A stretch of 63,997 bases of DNA, filler included, from Diploschistes diacapsis (lineage: Eukaryota): the NCBI GenBank assembly GCA_023645945.1. It is 6 parts of 6 records of this genome, joined end to end, with 100 filler letters (N's around TTAATTAATTAA, not from the genome) between each part and the next. Parts side by side here need not be neighbours in the genome. Positions count along the whole stretch, not along the records: positions 14,008 to 43,502 come from JALAIB010000134.1; 5 more parts are not named here. One strand, 5' to 3'. The notes below the pieces were generated by a model. It saw only the letters and a program-made list of their open reading frames with translations. It ran no database searches and was not told the origin of the DNA. Below are positions 21,125 through 34,047 of the stretch, one piece after another. How positions within the stretch are numbered: the stretch's first letter is position 1; every line of letters starts with the position of its first letter. Position numbers and translations under genes: made by a program.

Positions 21125-21951
21125 TGATGGTGGCGTTGAAGAGCTCTTCGCGTCGGCTACGTTCGTCGCTCACGTTACGTTGCGTTGTAAGCGATAGCGA
21201 CACGATTACCGAATTCAAAAGCTCGTTCGATGTGGAGATAAAGTATGAGAGGAAACCCTTTTGAAGGATGGCACTGCAGGCTCGGGACTTTGCTCGTCTT
21301 AAAGCTCTTGGGATTCTATTCCTCGGAGCCGGCGAGGGATGTCTGGTTGAACAGCATTCCCTGCCGCAAGGTTGGTAGATTTGGGTCCTGTGAGCTGCTG
21401 AGGGATATCTTGCAGCATCAAAAACAAGGTTCATGGGACTTTTGCTCATCGCTAGGCTTGTGGATTGAGTTCTACAGGCTGATGGGGAAGATTGTCGACT
21501 TGATACCTCTTAGGACGGGATGTTCTGGGCTCTTTCTGCTAGCATTTGCGGAGCTGTGGGTAAACCGTAAAGTAGTTAGAATGATGTACGCAGAGAGTCC
21601 AAACCTTTACCGCCTGATCGTGAAGATGCCTCGTGGAAGTAGAATAGTGATATCTATTGCGTGTATGCAACAGATTAGACAAGATAAGCGAAAGCTGGGT
21701 AAAGTCTATTTCGCCGTCATCTCGAAAAAAAAGGCTCTTGACTGACAATGGTTTCATTTTAAGCATAAGCATCGTCGCCATTAACTGTCTTCTTGTGAAG
21801 ATTGGCCATGCGGCCCAGATCCGCACCTACTAAGCATATTTCAATGCTTTCTAGATACGTCAAAGCCCCTAACAAGAAAGCCAGTTGCGCCTGACGAATC
21901 TCTTAGTTATACTACATGCTCCTTCATCCCTGCTCTGCATCAAGGCCGATA

Positions 21952-24673
21952 TCAGGCTGGCTCCGTCCAGTCCACCTGATCCGTTATCGACTCGCCCCTG
22001 TCCTTCGTGTAGCTGACCTTCAGCCGTAACCTTAACTTCGTCGGTAGCGACTGCACCTCAAGTCAGCGCGATTCCTTCTAGCAATACACCCTGTAGAAGA
22101 AAACTTACTCCAGAAACGGCAGCAATCCGCATCTGCTGCATTGCCTCGTCTCCACCCTCTAGATCCGATTTGTTGATCGCCGCCAACTGCAATTTCTGGC
22201 TCCTCGGTACGGCCGCCTGTAGGCCTACGCCGGTGAGCCGTTCGAAGTTACTGTAGTTCCGGAACCGCGCCGTGACTTGGGCGCCAGCTGCGCTTCGCTG
22301 CACCTGTAATGAAAGGCTGAGGTTGTTTTTGCTGTAAGCCTGCGATGCAGCAGCACCGGCCTGCTCTGGAGGAGGAGCTGTAGGACCCACGCCCATGCCG
22401 AGCAGATCGTCTAGGCCGGATGTGGGTCGCTGTGGGGCTGGCGAGGATACACCGCTGCCAGCAGCATTGTTGCCGCCGAAGAGACCCATTATGTCTTGTG
22501 CGCCTGCGCGAGATTGTGACGCTGGGGCTGGAACTTCGGAAACGCCGCCCAAGATATCGGCGAGTAGATTCGCGTTGGCTTGAGAGGTGCCGTTTGTCTG
22601 CGGCGCGGGTTCTGGATCCCCTCCTCCCATGAGATCTAGCAGATCGTCTGCTGGTATCTGTTTCGCCGGTTGTGCTTTCTTGCTTCTTGGTGCTTTCTTT
22701 GCCGGCTCGCCAAAGACTCGCTGCTCCTCTCGTATTTCAGGAGCTGGCATGCGCTCGAGAACACCTCTGCGGACTGTGTCATAATTGAATAGATTGCCGT
22801 ATTCGACGGATCGCTGTTGGATTTCGACATTTAGATCTGCTGTCCTGTCATTCAGCATCCGCCGTATCCGCTCGATTTCCCTAGGGTTCTGCATGCGGGT
22901 TGTGAGTTTCATAGCTGATGTGACAATGTATTCAGTGACGATCTGAGAAGCATAGGCACTGCTGAGTATAGTCAGGAAGAGGTCGACAATCTCGCTTTCT
23001 TCTGTCTTCTGAGCCAATTCAGGCTCTTCATACCCACCGCCTCTTAATAATGCATCCCCATACTCGCCAATAACCCAGGCCCCAGCGAGTGTCAGTCCTT
23101 CTTGGGTTACATCCTCCTTTAGACTTGCATACAATTTCTGCACACAATATGTCTGCTGGTCTGGACTTGTTGCTATGAGTCGAACAAATGATGACATTAT
23201 TTGCTCTTTTACGTAGTTGCCTGCCAATTTGAGTACCCGAAGCATCGTATCAACATGCCACCGCTTGCTTGGAGCGTATCGATCTGCAGCTAAGCCTATC
23301 TGACTCGTCATCGCGGGCTTGAATTCGTTGTCCGCAACTTCTAGAAACGCCAATAGTTCTCGAATGAGCAGGCTAACATTTTGAGCATTGATCAAGGTAA
23401 AGCTCAAATCCAAAGCTCGTCTTCGTATACTGATGTCTGGATCTCGCAGACAATCCAGGATCGTGTTCCGGTGCCGCTGCACAGCGTTTGGTTCGACCGC
23501 CACAACTTTAACGAGAGTATTGAGAGCAACATATCGTATATTATTGTCCTTATTTGCTAAAAACTTCCCTAGGATGTTCACGCCTAGGACACGCAGACCA
23601 GAGTCGGCCTCGATCTCCAGGATAGTCAAGACAGCTTCGTACAATATTGAGTTGCCAACATTCTTCGATGGATCTGTGTTAGTTGCTACCTGTGCAAGAA
23701 TGTCGTTTATCTGCTCGCTCGTTGCCGCGTCGCCCTTGCCTAGCACCCGCAAAAGTTGCAGAATCTTGACCTGTACAAACGGATCTGTAATACCGGTAAC
23801 ATCATGCTCCGGCGCATATCCGGAACTCGCTAGGGTCTTGAGTGTTTTCACTAGACTGGGCACAATTGGTCGGAAAATTTCGACAACACCTTCTTCGCCT
23901 CCCTCAGCCTCGTCTGCTTCGCACATGTTGGTAACGAAGGTCAAGCCACAGAGCAGCACACCATGATTTCGGTCATTCAGGAGGATCTTGGAGCTTTGAA
24001 TGAAATGTTCTTGCAGATCTGGAACTTTTCGACATATTCGCATGGCACATAGAGCGGCTTTCCGCCGAATATTTGGGTTGGACGTTCCCAGTAGTTTCTC
24101 GACCTCCAGGAAAAGATCTCGAGCCATCTCGATCGAAGCGATGTTGCCCAGCGTACACAGCGCGAGACCAACAACATAGTGGTTTGGGTGGTTTAGATCA
24201 CTGGCACGACCGTTAGCCCAAAGCGAGCGCTGAGAACCCACTCGAGCCTACTTCTTCAGGGAGTTCGTGACTAGTGTTAGAACCTCCTGATTTTCGTCTA
24301 GCAACAGCATAGTCCCTAGATAACCCAACCTTTTGTCGGCGAAACGCGGCGAAGCAAGAAGCTTTAGACATTCGATCTGGCCGAAGTGCGTGCGTTCACC
24401 GAGGGTGAAGAGGTAGAGTAGTTTGGCGACATTATTTCGCCTGTGCATTGCATGAGCCCTCATTTCTGGCCAATTTCTGCTTGTTGGCTAACCTGACGTT
24501 CGAGTCTCCGCTCTCTTCCCGGAAACTCGCTCGGATAGCAGCACTTTCCTTCTGGACCACAGCTCGTTCGTCGGCAATGGTTTTCGATGCTCGCACATTG
24601 CGAATAAACTGCTTTACTGTGCTTGGTCAGAACCACTTTATGCTCAGCTGGAGGGGCCTTTACGGGAGCTCAT
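21952..24673 (-). CDS. APL4: AP-1 adaptor complex gamma subunit, multi-exon
   Basis: [62 protein letters not shown], adaptin trunk, and an ear domain ending [10 protein letters not shown]...DQVDWTEPA*. Confidence 0.93.
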
Positions 24674-25206
24674 TGCAGGCCAAGGGAAGGCCCACGCCCC
24701 GGCTCTTCACCGATCTTAGTTTCAAAGGCTTATGTTGAAGGCCATATTCTGAGCATAAGCAGTCACGCAATCCTAAGTAATACCTGATGCTTTTCACCGC
24801 TGGGTCCCTGCAGCGCCGCCTAAATGCTGGACTATTAGTAGAGACCAGGGTGCATAGAGTATCGATAGGGCTGTGAGTATGATGAGCCTTCAGGGAGTTA
24901 AGGTTTAAGAAAATCGGAGTTTAGAAGCAATCTCCGTCGGGCAAAATTCCGGTCAGATCTTCTAAGGCAGCTGTTGCGGCTTTTCGTGACCTGCACCTCG
25001 TCGATAAGCACTTGTCCTATCCATGTGTCTACGCTTCACCATATAGGGACCATGCGGGCCATACGGCTTTAAACTCACAGCCTGCTGATCCAAGTCCCTC
25101 AAGCTAGTCGCGCCGATCTAGTGTATATAATTGATGCCCTCCGCTCTGCAAAGGCAGCCGCTCAGGCATAGCACTAAGCTTGGCCGATATTTTCTAACCA
25201 AACACT

Positions 25207-27043
25207 ATGAGCTCTACCGGCTTGAAACCTGCTCAGGACGATCATCAACACATTCTGCGGCCTCGAGCAGTCAAAGCTGGAAACCCAGATATACTTCGAG
25301 CGCAGGGGCAGGAGCCTTATATCAATCTGAACGGGTTGACTAGGAACGCATCCGATGTTTCCACAGTCTCTAGGTAAAGCTATCGTAACTATTCCGTGGC
25401 ATAGCTCATCAATGCCAGTGGCCGAACTACCCCTGTTCCTCCAGATGCACCACCTTCAGCGCAATACATCTCCGCAGCTCGGCAGCAGGTGCGGGCGCGC
25501 AACAAGAAACGCCTATTTCCCAGTGTCGACTACGAGCCGAGACTCTCACACTTCGATCCGAAAAGTAAACATACCGACTTCAGAGGCTTCTTCGTCCTAT
25601 TCTGGGTTGGATTGGCAATCATGGTCATAACGACTGGTCTCCGAAATATCAAGGAGGTAGGTCTACCAATAAGGGTACGGCCATGGCAGCTCTTCACTGT
25701 CAAGGCCTGGCAGCTCGCTCTTAGCGACTTCGCCATGGTTGCGACGACTCTCCTCATTATACCCATACAGCACGTCTTCCGCAGAAGCACTGGCATACTC
25801 CGCTGGCAAAAGCTCGGCATGCCCCTCCACATTATCTTCGAAGCGTTCTGGTTTGCAACCTGGATCAACTGGCCTTTCATGCTACACTGGACCTGGACCG
25901 CACAGGTTTTCTTGACGCTGCATACCCTTGTCATCTTTATGAAAGTGCATTCTTACGCTTTTTACAATGGTCATCTCAGCCACATTGAAGACCGCTTGGA
26001 ATCTCTCAACAACCCGTCCGCCACTTTTTCCCCTTCAACCGCAGCCGCAATTCGGTACCCCCCCTCTTCCACCCAACTCGACGCCCTCAGCCGCCAAGAG
26101 AGTTCACCGCGCTCCCCCACCTCCGACAAAGCTTCCCAGCTTTCCCAACTGCGTGAGGATCTCGCCCTCGAACTAACCTCTCCCTTCGGACACGTCACCT
26201 TCCCTCAAAACCTTACACTCAGCAACTACGTCGACTTCCTCTTCTGCCCAACCCTCTGCTACGAGCTCGAGTACCCGCGCCTTCCGAAAACGCAATGGGA
26301 CGAGCTCATCTACAAAACCCTCGCCGTCTTCGGCTGCATCTTCCTCATGACCATCACCTCCGAAGAGTTCATCGTGCCCGTGCTCGACGACGCACGACTA
26401 CGGCTAGATGGGATCCCGCCGGCCTCGCACCACCGGGCCCTGGACCAAGCACTGATACTCGCAGAGACCATCTCATATCTGCTGTTTCCCTTCATGGTCA
26501 CATTCCTCCTCGTCTTCCTCGCGATCTTCGAGTACGTCCTCGGCGCGTTCGCGGAAATCACGCGCTTCGCCGATCGTGGCTTCTATGCGGACTGGTGGAA
26601 CAGCTGCGACTGGCTCGAGTTCTCGCGGGAGTGGAACATCCCCGTGCACAACTTCCTGCGCCGCCACGTCTACTCGACCAGCCGGCCGTACATGCCCAAG
26701 AGTGCGTCGACGGCGCTGACGTTCTTCGTCAGCGCCATCCTGCACGAGCTGGTCATGGGGTGCATCACGAAGAAGTTGAGGGGGTATGGGTTCGTGGCTA
26801 TGATGCTGCAGATTCCTATCGTTGCGTTTCAGAGGAGTTGGCTGGTTAGGGGGAAGGACTTGTTTAATAACGTGTGTTTTTGGTGCAGTATGATTTTGGG
26901 GCTGGCGTTGGTGAGCCCTCTTCTTTTCTTCTTTCCACCTTTTGCCCCATCCCTCTTTCAAAGCACGCAGGAAGTTGGAGAGGAGATTATCTGATGCTAA
27001 CGCTTCGTGTAAACAGATGTGCGCGCTCTACGTCCTCGTCTAG
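25207..27043 (+). CDS. ARE2: Sterol O-acyltransferase (MBOAT; Are1/Are2-like)
   Basis: FRGFFVLFW, MKVHSY, FCPTLCYELEYPR, FADRGFYADWWNS, WNIPVHNFLRRHVY and SAILHE (catalytic His). Short terminal exon MCALYVLV* after an intron. Confidence 0.88.
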
Positions 27044-28217
27044 GCGAACTAGCCCAACATCTACCTTTCCTTTACATCTCCGTTCCAGACGCTTCTGTTT
27101 TTTTGATTTGCTCATCAAGTTAATGTAGTATTACGTCCATAGTTCAGCATATTCCGCTCGGCGCAGTGCGGTGCATATAAAAATCGGTCGAGACATATCG
27201 CATGCTCGTGGGTATCTTTGGCTCGGTTGAATTCGGGAAAATGCAAGGGACGGCAAGCATGATTACGGTGGCAATGATACCCCTTTGCGAGCCATCACTC
27301 GCGCATGGAGGCTCAAGCATTCAATGTATAAGATGGTTGTAGATCTGATCTGGCCTGGACGGATTAGGGCAGGGCATCGGGACACTTGTAAGTGATACCT
27401 TTATAAAATAATGTAAGGGTAGAAATGTCAATGACAAAGTGCTCGTGGCATCTAGAAGATCTAATGGGAACATCTTTAAAAAGCAAACGTGGATGGTATC
27501 ACACAGTGTTGATAGCGACTATTCTATTATTAGCTACAGCCCCTATTCCTACCCGGGCCAGGAGCACCAGCCACTCCATGTTTCCATTCGCCAAATCCAT
27601 TCGCCCAGATAAGTAACCAAGGGTGACGCAATGGATTTGCGGAAGGAAAAAAACTAATCTATCAGCCGGACAGAAAGCCTCCCAACGTCCTAGCCGTTCT
27701 ATCCCTTGGAAAGAAAATATCCCATCTCTTAGGGGTATAAGTTACCGTGGCGACGACGCGGAAATAAAAAGACTCGCCAGTCAAAAGAGGAGAGAAGATG
27801 AGTATGGGGGTCGCAAAGAGTGCCAGACATAGGGAGTTGGTTTAGTCGCAGGCTCAGCCGAGGATAACCTCAAGGCTCAATGTCGTGGATGACCATATTA
27901 AAAAGGGTCGAGCAAAGAGTTTCTGGGATGCTTTGACTATTCTCTTCTGCCTGCTGCTGACCGCCAAAACATGATTGTTGAAATAGAAGGGGACAAATTC
28001 GATGTTTCGACGCGCGGTGGCTGCGGGTGTAACAACACGTGAACGCTACATTTGTGGCTCTCTTCTTGCTTTGTTTGGTTGCTTTGCGTACAGTCGTGAT
28101 ATTCCAAGCGACTCATGACTCGTAGCATCGATTTGTATCGTTGCATGCGTTCCTTCGACGTTGCACAGAGACAGTATACGCCCCTTCTTCGTGACATAGA
28201 CAGAGAAGTGGAAGGGC

Positions 28218-29579
28218 CTACTTTTGCCTTCTCTGCACAGCGTCCAAATCACTAAGAACATCCTGTGCCTCCTTCACCTGTGCTTTTCTCCTCTTCCTTG
28301 CATCATCATTTCCCTCCGTGTCGACGTCGTCCAGCTTCAAAAGGATCTGCGTGAGTATGCTCTCGCTGAGCTTCATGTACTCTTGACCACGGACCTTGGA
28401 ATCTTTGGGCGGATTATTGGTAAATTGCAGGCAAAGCGGCACGAACTTGGTATGAAACGTAGAGGCAAGTTCTTCGAGCTTGTCCATTGGCGTTTTTGGA
28501 CCAGCGGCTGCGGGCTGCTTGGGAGAGGTGTGACTTTCGGTAGCTGGAGGCACCTTTGGCTCGCTGCTGGGGCCGGTAGCGTGTGGGCGGTAGGGCTCCT
28601 TCTCCTTTGGTACCGAGGTGGGCGTAGAAGGGTGGTGGTTGTTAGCAGAAGACACGTGCGGTGTGCTGGAACGATGGGATTGCGTGCTTGGCCCGTAGTC
28701 GCTGCCGCCGCCGTAATGATCATCGCGCTCTGCTCGCAAGATCTTTTTGCTGCCGTCACGGTGCCCACTACGTTTCTTGCGTTCAGGACCACCTATGATT
28801 GTGCCGTCGACGTCCACGCGTGGTCCATCACGGTGGCCGCCAACTAGATCTTCCTCATCTGCACTACTTTCACTGGATTCCCCGCGTCTGTTTGTGACTG
28901 GCACCTCGCTCACAACGCACATCAATTCAGAATTCTGCTTGAGTCCCTCCTCGCGACAGGCAACGGCGTCATCTTTCAAGGTCTTGCCTTTATAGAACAG
29001 TTTTATTCGTCGAGGGTCTGCAGTGTTTGTCTGAGTTGCCGCATAACGCCGTAATTGGCCAACGCGTAGCACACCTTCACCGATCGAGTATGCAGGGAAG
29101 TGCAGAGGATAGGTGGTTCCTCGGTGTTTCAGGACGAGTATATCGGGGACTTCTGGGTTATCTGCATCGGCACGAGAGCCATGACGAGTCAGATGCGAAA
29201 AGTGTGTGTCGTTGCGTGCTCGAGGCGGCTCGACGATGTCTTCAGGGCCGAGATAGTGGTAGTCGTCTTCGGTAACGGTTGGCCGAGAGCCGTGATGGGA
29301 TGATGCAGAGAAGGGCGAGGAGTAGCGACCGGGAAGGTAGCTACGCCAGGATGACATGGAGAAGAGGAGCACGACTAAGGGAAGAAAGACTGCAAGGAGT
29401 ATTTCTGTAGATATGTATGGAGCAAGGGGCTCAGGGATCAGGCTCGATAAGTAGGCGGGAGCCTTTGTTGGCTTCTGCTGAGGAATCAAGAAGTGAAGCT
29501 TCGATGGTATGTAATGTCGCAGCGACTGGAGCTGAGACTGAGCCTGAGCTAGACTATTGGAGAAGGTTATGGAAGCCAC
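28218..29579 (-). CDS. BAG domain co-chaperone with N-terminal TM segment and ubiquitin-like domain
   Basis: TM segment ILLAVFLPLVVLLF, UBL-like RIKLFYKGKTLKDD...GLKQNSELMCV, and C-terminal BAG LSESILTQILLKLDDVDTEGNDDARKRRK. Confidence 0.85.
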   Translation of the reverse strand: MASITFSNSLAQAQSQLQSLRHYIPSKLHFLIPQQKPTKAPAYLSSLIPEPLAPYISTEILLAVFLPLVVLLFSMSSWRSYLPGRYSSPFSASSHHGSRPTVTEDDYHYLGPEDIVEPPRARNDTHFSHLTRHGSRADADNPEVPDILVLKHRGTTYPLHFPAYSIGEGVLRVGQLRRYAATQTNTADPRRIKLFYKGKTLKDDAVACREEGLKQNSELMCVVSEVPVTNRRGESSESSADEEDLVGGHRDGPRVDVDGTIIGGPERKKRSGHRDGSKKILRAERDDHYGGGSDYGPSTQSHRSSTPHVSSANNHHPSTPTSVPKEKEPYRPHATGPSSEPKVPPATESHTSPKQPAAAGPKTPMDKLEELASTFHTKFVPLCLQFTNNPPKDSKVRGQEYMKLSESILTQILLKLDDVDTEGNDDARKRRKAQVKEAQDVLSDLDAVQRRQK

Positions 29580-30003
29580 GGTTGCAGATGTTTCTTTTAT
29601 TCGACCTGAACAGCACAGCAGCAGTTCTGTCTGTCACAGGATGGGGGATGGGAGGGATGTGGGGGGTTTGATGAGAGTAGGTAAGTTAGTGAAATTTGCT
29701 GATGAAGTCAGATTGCAGACTCGGTTGCCCAGAGTCCAACCATCACCAACCCTAAGGCTCGTAGGGCAGACAAAACTCTCCCCCCCCCCTATCGTTTTTC
29801 TGACTCTGTCTGCAAACATACAATGTAACTTGACTGATTCAACCCATAAAGAAGTCTGCTTCCAGTATATTTCAAAATATATTTGATCACTTCTGGACGA
29901 TATCAATCCTAAACATGTAGGCAAAACCCCAGATCGCATTCGTCAATGTTTAACTCCCTATACTAGGCAACAGTGCCTAGTGACTCAGACGATACAACCA
30001 TAT

Positions 30004-32919
30004 TCAGACAGAAAACGCCTTTGACCCCTCTACCAAGCCACTCCCCAGTTTTGTGACTGCCACCCAGTCTGGCGCGAACCTTCTGATCTCCTCCAAAGCG
30101 GGTATCAAACCAAGACCGTCCTCGTCGTTCCAGAGACAGATAACCCTGCCATCCATACCTTTGCTGGCACCCCATTCAAATGTAACGTTCCACGGCTTCT
30201 CCCATTCTCTACTCCAGAGACTGATCTCCCAGCTGCCGTTGTCACCTACTACAGGGAAGCGACTGTCGGTTGCTGACCCCTCAACGTAGAAGTTTGAGAT
30301 TGGCGTGTTGAATGCTATCCTACATGCCCGTGTCCTCTTGCCTGAGACCACTATTCGTGCCTTCATCGAGTCAGGACAACGAGTTGCGTTGAAATCAACC
30401 CATTCTCCGTACCCAATAAGCGGAGGCACATCAGGCTTCGTGTTAGGAACGACGTTCGGGGGAATGCCCTCCCACGAGTACTCTAGAAGCCCGGGCCGGC
30501 CATTCCATCCAATATTCAATTCTTTGCCGGCAGCGCTTGGTAATGTGTGGATAATCTCCTCCATGTACGGGTTTTTGGCAGCTGTCAGGGCAACCCTGTT
30601 CAGCCCCGAATCAAGATCGAGGTGTTGCATGAACTTGACACCTAGGCGGTTGTTTCCTGAAAACGGAAAGGCAACAATATTGTATATGAGTGTGCCGACT
30701 AGCACTCCGAAAAGGAACAATGGGACATGGTAGGTGTAGCGATGGATAAATGGTCCGAGTGGCGCTATAACCAAGATGGAGAAGGCTGCCACAAGCAGGT
30801 ATACTACTAATGCTGGATTTCCATCAGCCAACGTTTGATTAATCCCTGTTGCAGCCTCGAGTCCCACTTCGCCTACCAATATGACTGGAATGGGCACAAG
30901 GATCAGAAGCTGCAGAATCCACGTCCATGATGGCTGTGACTGGCTCCATTTCTGCTCATGACCGTAGACTAAACCGTGTTTTGCCTCTTCTCCCTCGTCC
31001 ACCGCTGTTTCGGCGTTTTGGGCTTCAGCATGGCCAGAGGGCGCATAGTTTGCAAATGTCGTCCTTCGTTGCTGTCCGAGCAGAGACGTAGACTCGGTTG
31101 CTTCCCCTGCCCAGGCACCCTCCTCATCCCCGTCCCCGCCAGCACTTGCTGATCTATTCAGCGGTCTGTCTCTATCCTGGGCATCATGGTCGTGTTCAGC
31201 AGCATATGATTGCTTCTTCTCAAGAGCGAACTGCTCGCAAAACGCGATCAAGGCTGCGAGGGCAATGGCAGCAAAATAAAGGGCCAACAGATAACCAGAG
31301 GCAACATGCATCTGTTCCTCACCAATGGTGGCGATCACGAGAACAACCCATCCGCCAAGAAACATCCAGAAGATCGCGAATGATCGATGAAAGGCAGATG
31401 GCCGAACAAAACCAATAGCCTTGGACAAGAACCAGGCTAGGCAAAACCAAGCGGACATCATCATGCTCCATACAGAGTATGGGCTACTGTAGATGATGAA
31501 GGGATTTTTCTTGACCAGGAGGAAGGCAGACGCAACCGTGCCAGCACTTGCTATTGCGAATATAATCGGGTAGCGGAAGAAGCCACGGAAGCCTCCCAAT
31601 TGGACTTTCCGATCACCAGCCGCGTGATGATACTGGGTGGAAATGCTGAACATATAAAACTTGTCATAATGTGAAAGCACGCCGCAGATGACAAACAACG
31701 CGATAGGAGCCACGACTAGCAAAGTCACGGAGAGAGCAAACAGGGTGTGCAGCTCGAAAACAGCCATGCTCCGGCCAAACATATCAAAGTAGACGCCATC
31801 GGATCCGGCGCCGCTATTTACTTTGCCTTTGCCGGAAGCCTCGCCCTGAAAGGTGCTCGATGTGTCCATTCCGAGCCCACGTGTGCTGTGTAGGGCGGCG
31901 GAGAGCATATGCCACAGGGAGTCGACAGTCGTATGCTTTGCATCATCCTGGTCTGTGTGATAGCGTGCTCGCGGCTCGAAAAAGTCAATATCGAGGCCTC
32001 GCATCCCTAGACGGTGGTTGAAGACGGTATAGTCAGTATCGCTGCGTATGATGCCGCGCTTGAAACCGTCAGAGCTGAAGACTGATCCATATGGATATTG
32101 AGTGCTTCCATAGAAGCGAACGACTTCTGTGTCGGTAGCCCGAAAGAGTGTCGCTTTGCCGCCTGCTCCGGCCCCATCCAGGTTGACGAATGTGTGGGGG
32201 AAGGATGAAATTGGGTGCCGAGCAAAGGCGTATGCTCCGAAAAGCCCTTCTTCTTCGCCGTTGTTGAGCAAAGCCACTATCCCTCGCTTCGGCTGATTTC
32301 CAGCATGGGTGAAGTATTTGATGAGCTGTAGAACGGACACTACACCAACACCATCATCCGTGGCCCCATAGCCCGTAGAGACACTATCGTAGTGTGCGTT
32401 CACGAGTACTCCACCTTGATCCTTTGAATCCCTAGAAAGGTGCCAGTCTTTATCGCCATCCCCAGACCCACGGATATAAACAATGACATTGGTTCCCTCG
32501 AAGTATTTGCTCGAGCCAGCGCTCCCGAACAGATCGGAGGAAAAGCTCAGGTTGGAATTGAGATCGTTGTATATAACGACGTTCGAGTCAGGATGCACTG
32601 AAGCCTTGTCAAACCCACCATCGTAGGTTGCAAAGGAAGAGTTATTCTCTATCAGTATCTCCTCCACCCGCTGCAGGAGCCAATTTCTTACGACGTCGTT
32701 CCTGCGGCTATTATACGAATGGTAACCAGTGCTCAAAAACTTAAGATCCAACCAAGCTTCTGACACATTTATACCAGCAACAGGGACGGGATTCTCCGGG
32801 GCTGAGGGCACAACATGATGAACGACCAGTAGGCTAACCAGCACTGCACAGTAGACGAGTGTGCTAATGATTGTGACAGGCAGGGGAGTGAAAGCAAAGG
32901 GATTATGCCATTTCGCCAT
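30004..32919 (-). CDS. PFF1: Vacuolar membrane metalloprotease, M28 family
   Basis: VNAHYDSV, GATDDG, NNGEEEGL, SDTDY and YHTDQD zinc-binding motifs followed by multiple TM helices. First ATG is at 32919 (MAKWHNPF). Confidence 0.88.
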   Translation of the reverse strand: MAKWHNPFAFTPLPVTIISTLVYCAVLVSLLVVHHVVPSAPENPVPVAGINVSEAWLDLKFLSTGYHSYNSRRNDVVRNWLLQRVEEILIENNSSFATYDGGFDKASVHPDSNVVIYNDLNSNLSFSSDLFGSAGSSKYFEGTNVIVYIRGSGDGDKDWHLSRDSKDQGGVLVNAHYDSVSTGYGATDDGVGVVSVLQLIKYFTHAGNQPKRGIVALLNNGEEEGLFGAYAFARHPISSFPHTFVNLDGAGAGGKATLFRATDTEVVRFYGSTQYPYGSVFSSDGFKRGIIRSDTDYTVFNHRLGMRGLDIDFFEPRARYHTDQDDAKHTTVDSLWHMLSAALHSTRGLGMDTSSTFQGEASGKGKVNSGAGSDGVYFDMFGRSMAVFELHTLFALSVTLLVVAPIALFVICGVLSHYDKFYMFSISTQYHHAAGDRKVQLGGFRGFFRYPIIFAIASAGTVASAFLLVKKNPFIIYSSPYSVWSMMMSAWFCLAWFLSKAIGFVRPSAFHRSFAIFWMFLGGWVVLVIATIGEEQMHVASGYLLALYFAAIALAALIAFCEQFALEKKQSYAAEHDHDAQDRDRPLNRSASAGGDGDEEGAWAGEATESTSLLGQQRRTTFANYAPSGHAEAQNAETAVDEGEEAKHGLVYGHEQKWSQSQPSWTWILQLLILVPIPVILVGEVGLEAATGINQTLADGNPALVVYLLVAAFSILVIAPLGPFIHRYTYHVPLFLFGVLVGTLIYNIVAFPFSGNNRLGVKFMQHLDLDSGLNRVALTAAKNPYMEEIIHTLPSAAGKELNIGWNGRPGLLEYSWEGIPPNVVPNTKPDVPPLIGYGEWVDFNATRCPDSMKARIVVSGKRTRACRIAFNTPISNFYVEGSATDSRFPVVGDNGSWEISLWSREWEKPWNVTFEWGASKGMDGRVICLWNDEDGLGLIPALEEIRRFAPDWVAVTKLGSGLVEGSKAFSV

Positions 32920-34047
32920 TGTCAATCTATTGAGCTGAGAAAGCTCTAACGACAGCAAGATGCTTATGACGGCATTGCCGATACTTTACATGTATGGGCG
33001 AGTATAGTCCACGCTGTCCATCGATTTGTGTTGGTATTGCCTTTTGTAACTCGCTCGGTTTCCCAAAAGCTTGCCCGAACCAAATAGTGAGGGGTATGAG
33101 GATGGTGATGTTTTGAAGCTAAAACGCCTGTCACCTTTAAAGCTTGGGCCGGAAGGTCACCAATTCCAAAAGCCAGAAATCATTCTTAGAATCTCCGGTG
33201 GAAGCGCATGTGAGAAAGAAAAGCTGAGCACAGACGAAGTGTATATAGACTATATCAGTTTAGTCCAATACTGGCAACAATCCAGTATTGGCCTAGCGGT
33301 ACTATAGTGGCGCTTTGTAATATCATCATCATCCAACTGGTAGCTTGCCCTACTTGCTTCCTGTGGGGATGGAGGCAAAAAGTAGGGCATTAATGACCTA
33401 GAAATGATAGAGCGAACTAACAGTTGGACAGTAACAGAAATTGTACGTTTATGAAGTTACCCCAGAACAAATGTTAGCACTGCGGTAGTCGACGCTACAC
33501 AAGCAGGGTTGTTTTGCCCTACAAAAAAGGCTTAACGTGTCCTCTCACAGTCTCTCACTGAAGATACATATACCTTTCCTCGTATGTGCTACTAATAACT
33601 TTCTGTCGGTGTCAGTAATTGAGCTGTCAGTCACGTGACCTTTCGGTCCCCATGGCGTAACAATACGGGCTTAGATAGGTAATAATAGGTATGCACAGAT
33701 GCATATAACATAGCTATCGCTTACTGGATTTTATGCGTCACGTGAACTCACACGCCTGTAACTCCTCGTATTACGGGACAAAAAGTGCCAGAGGCTGAGA
33801 CCATGTTTGCGTGTATTCCTTCCTCAGCCACACTCAATGTATTTATTATTCCTAAGCGAAGCGAAGGACTATAATAGTCAACTTGCCTCCGTTATACTTT
33901 CTCTTACTCGTCTCCTTCCCTCGGTTCAATCTTCTTGTTATTCCACCAGTTTTCAAGGTCGAAGCCAACACGGAGGTAACTAGTCTTATCTCAAGCCTGT
34001 TCTAACTTTAACGTCGCTTCCTCTCCTGATCCGAATCTTAGCCCGGC

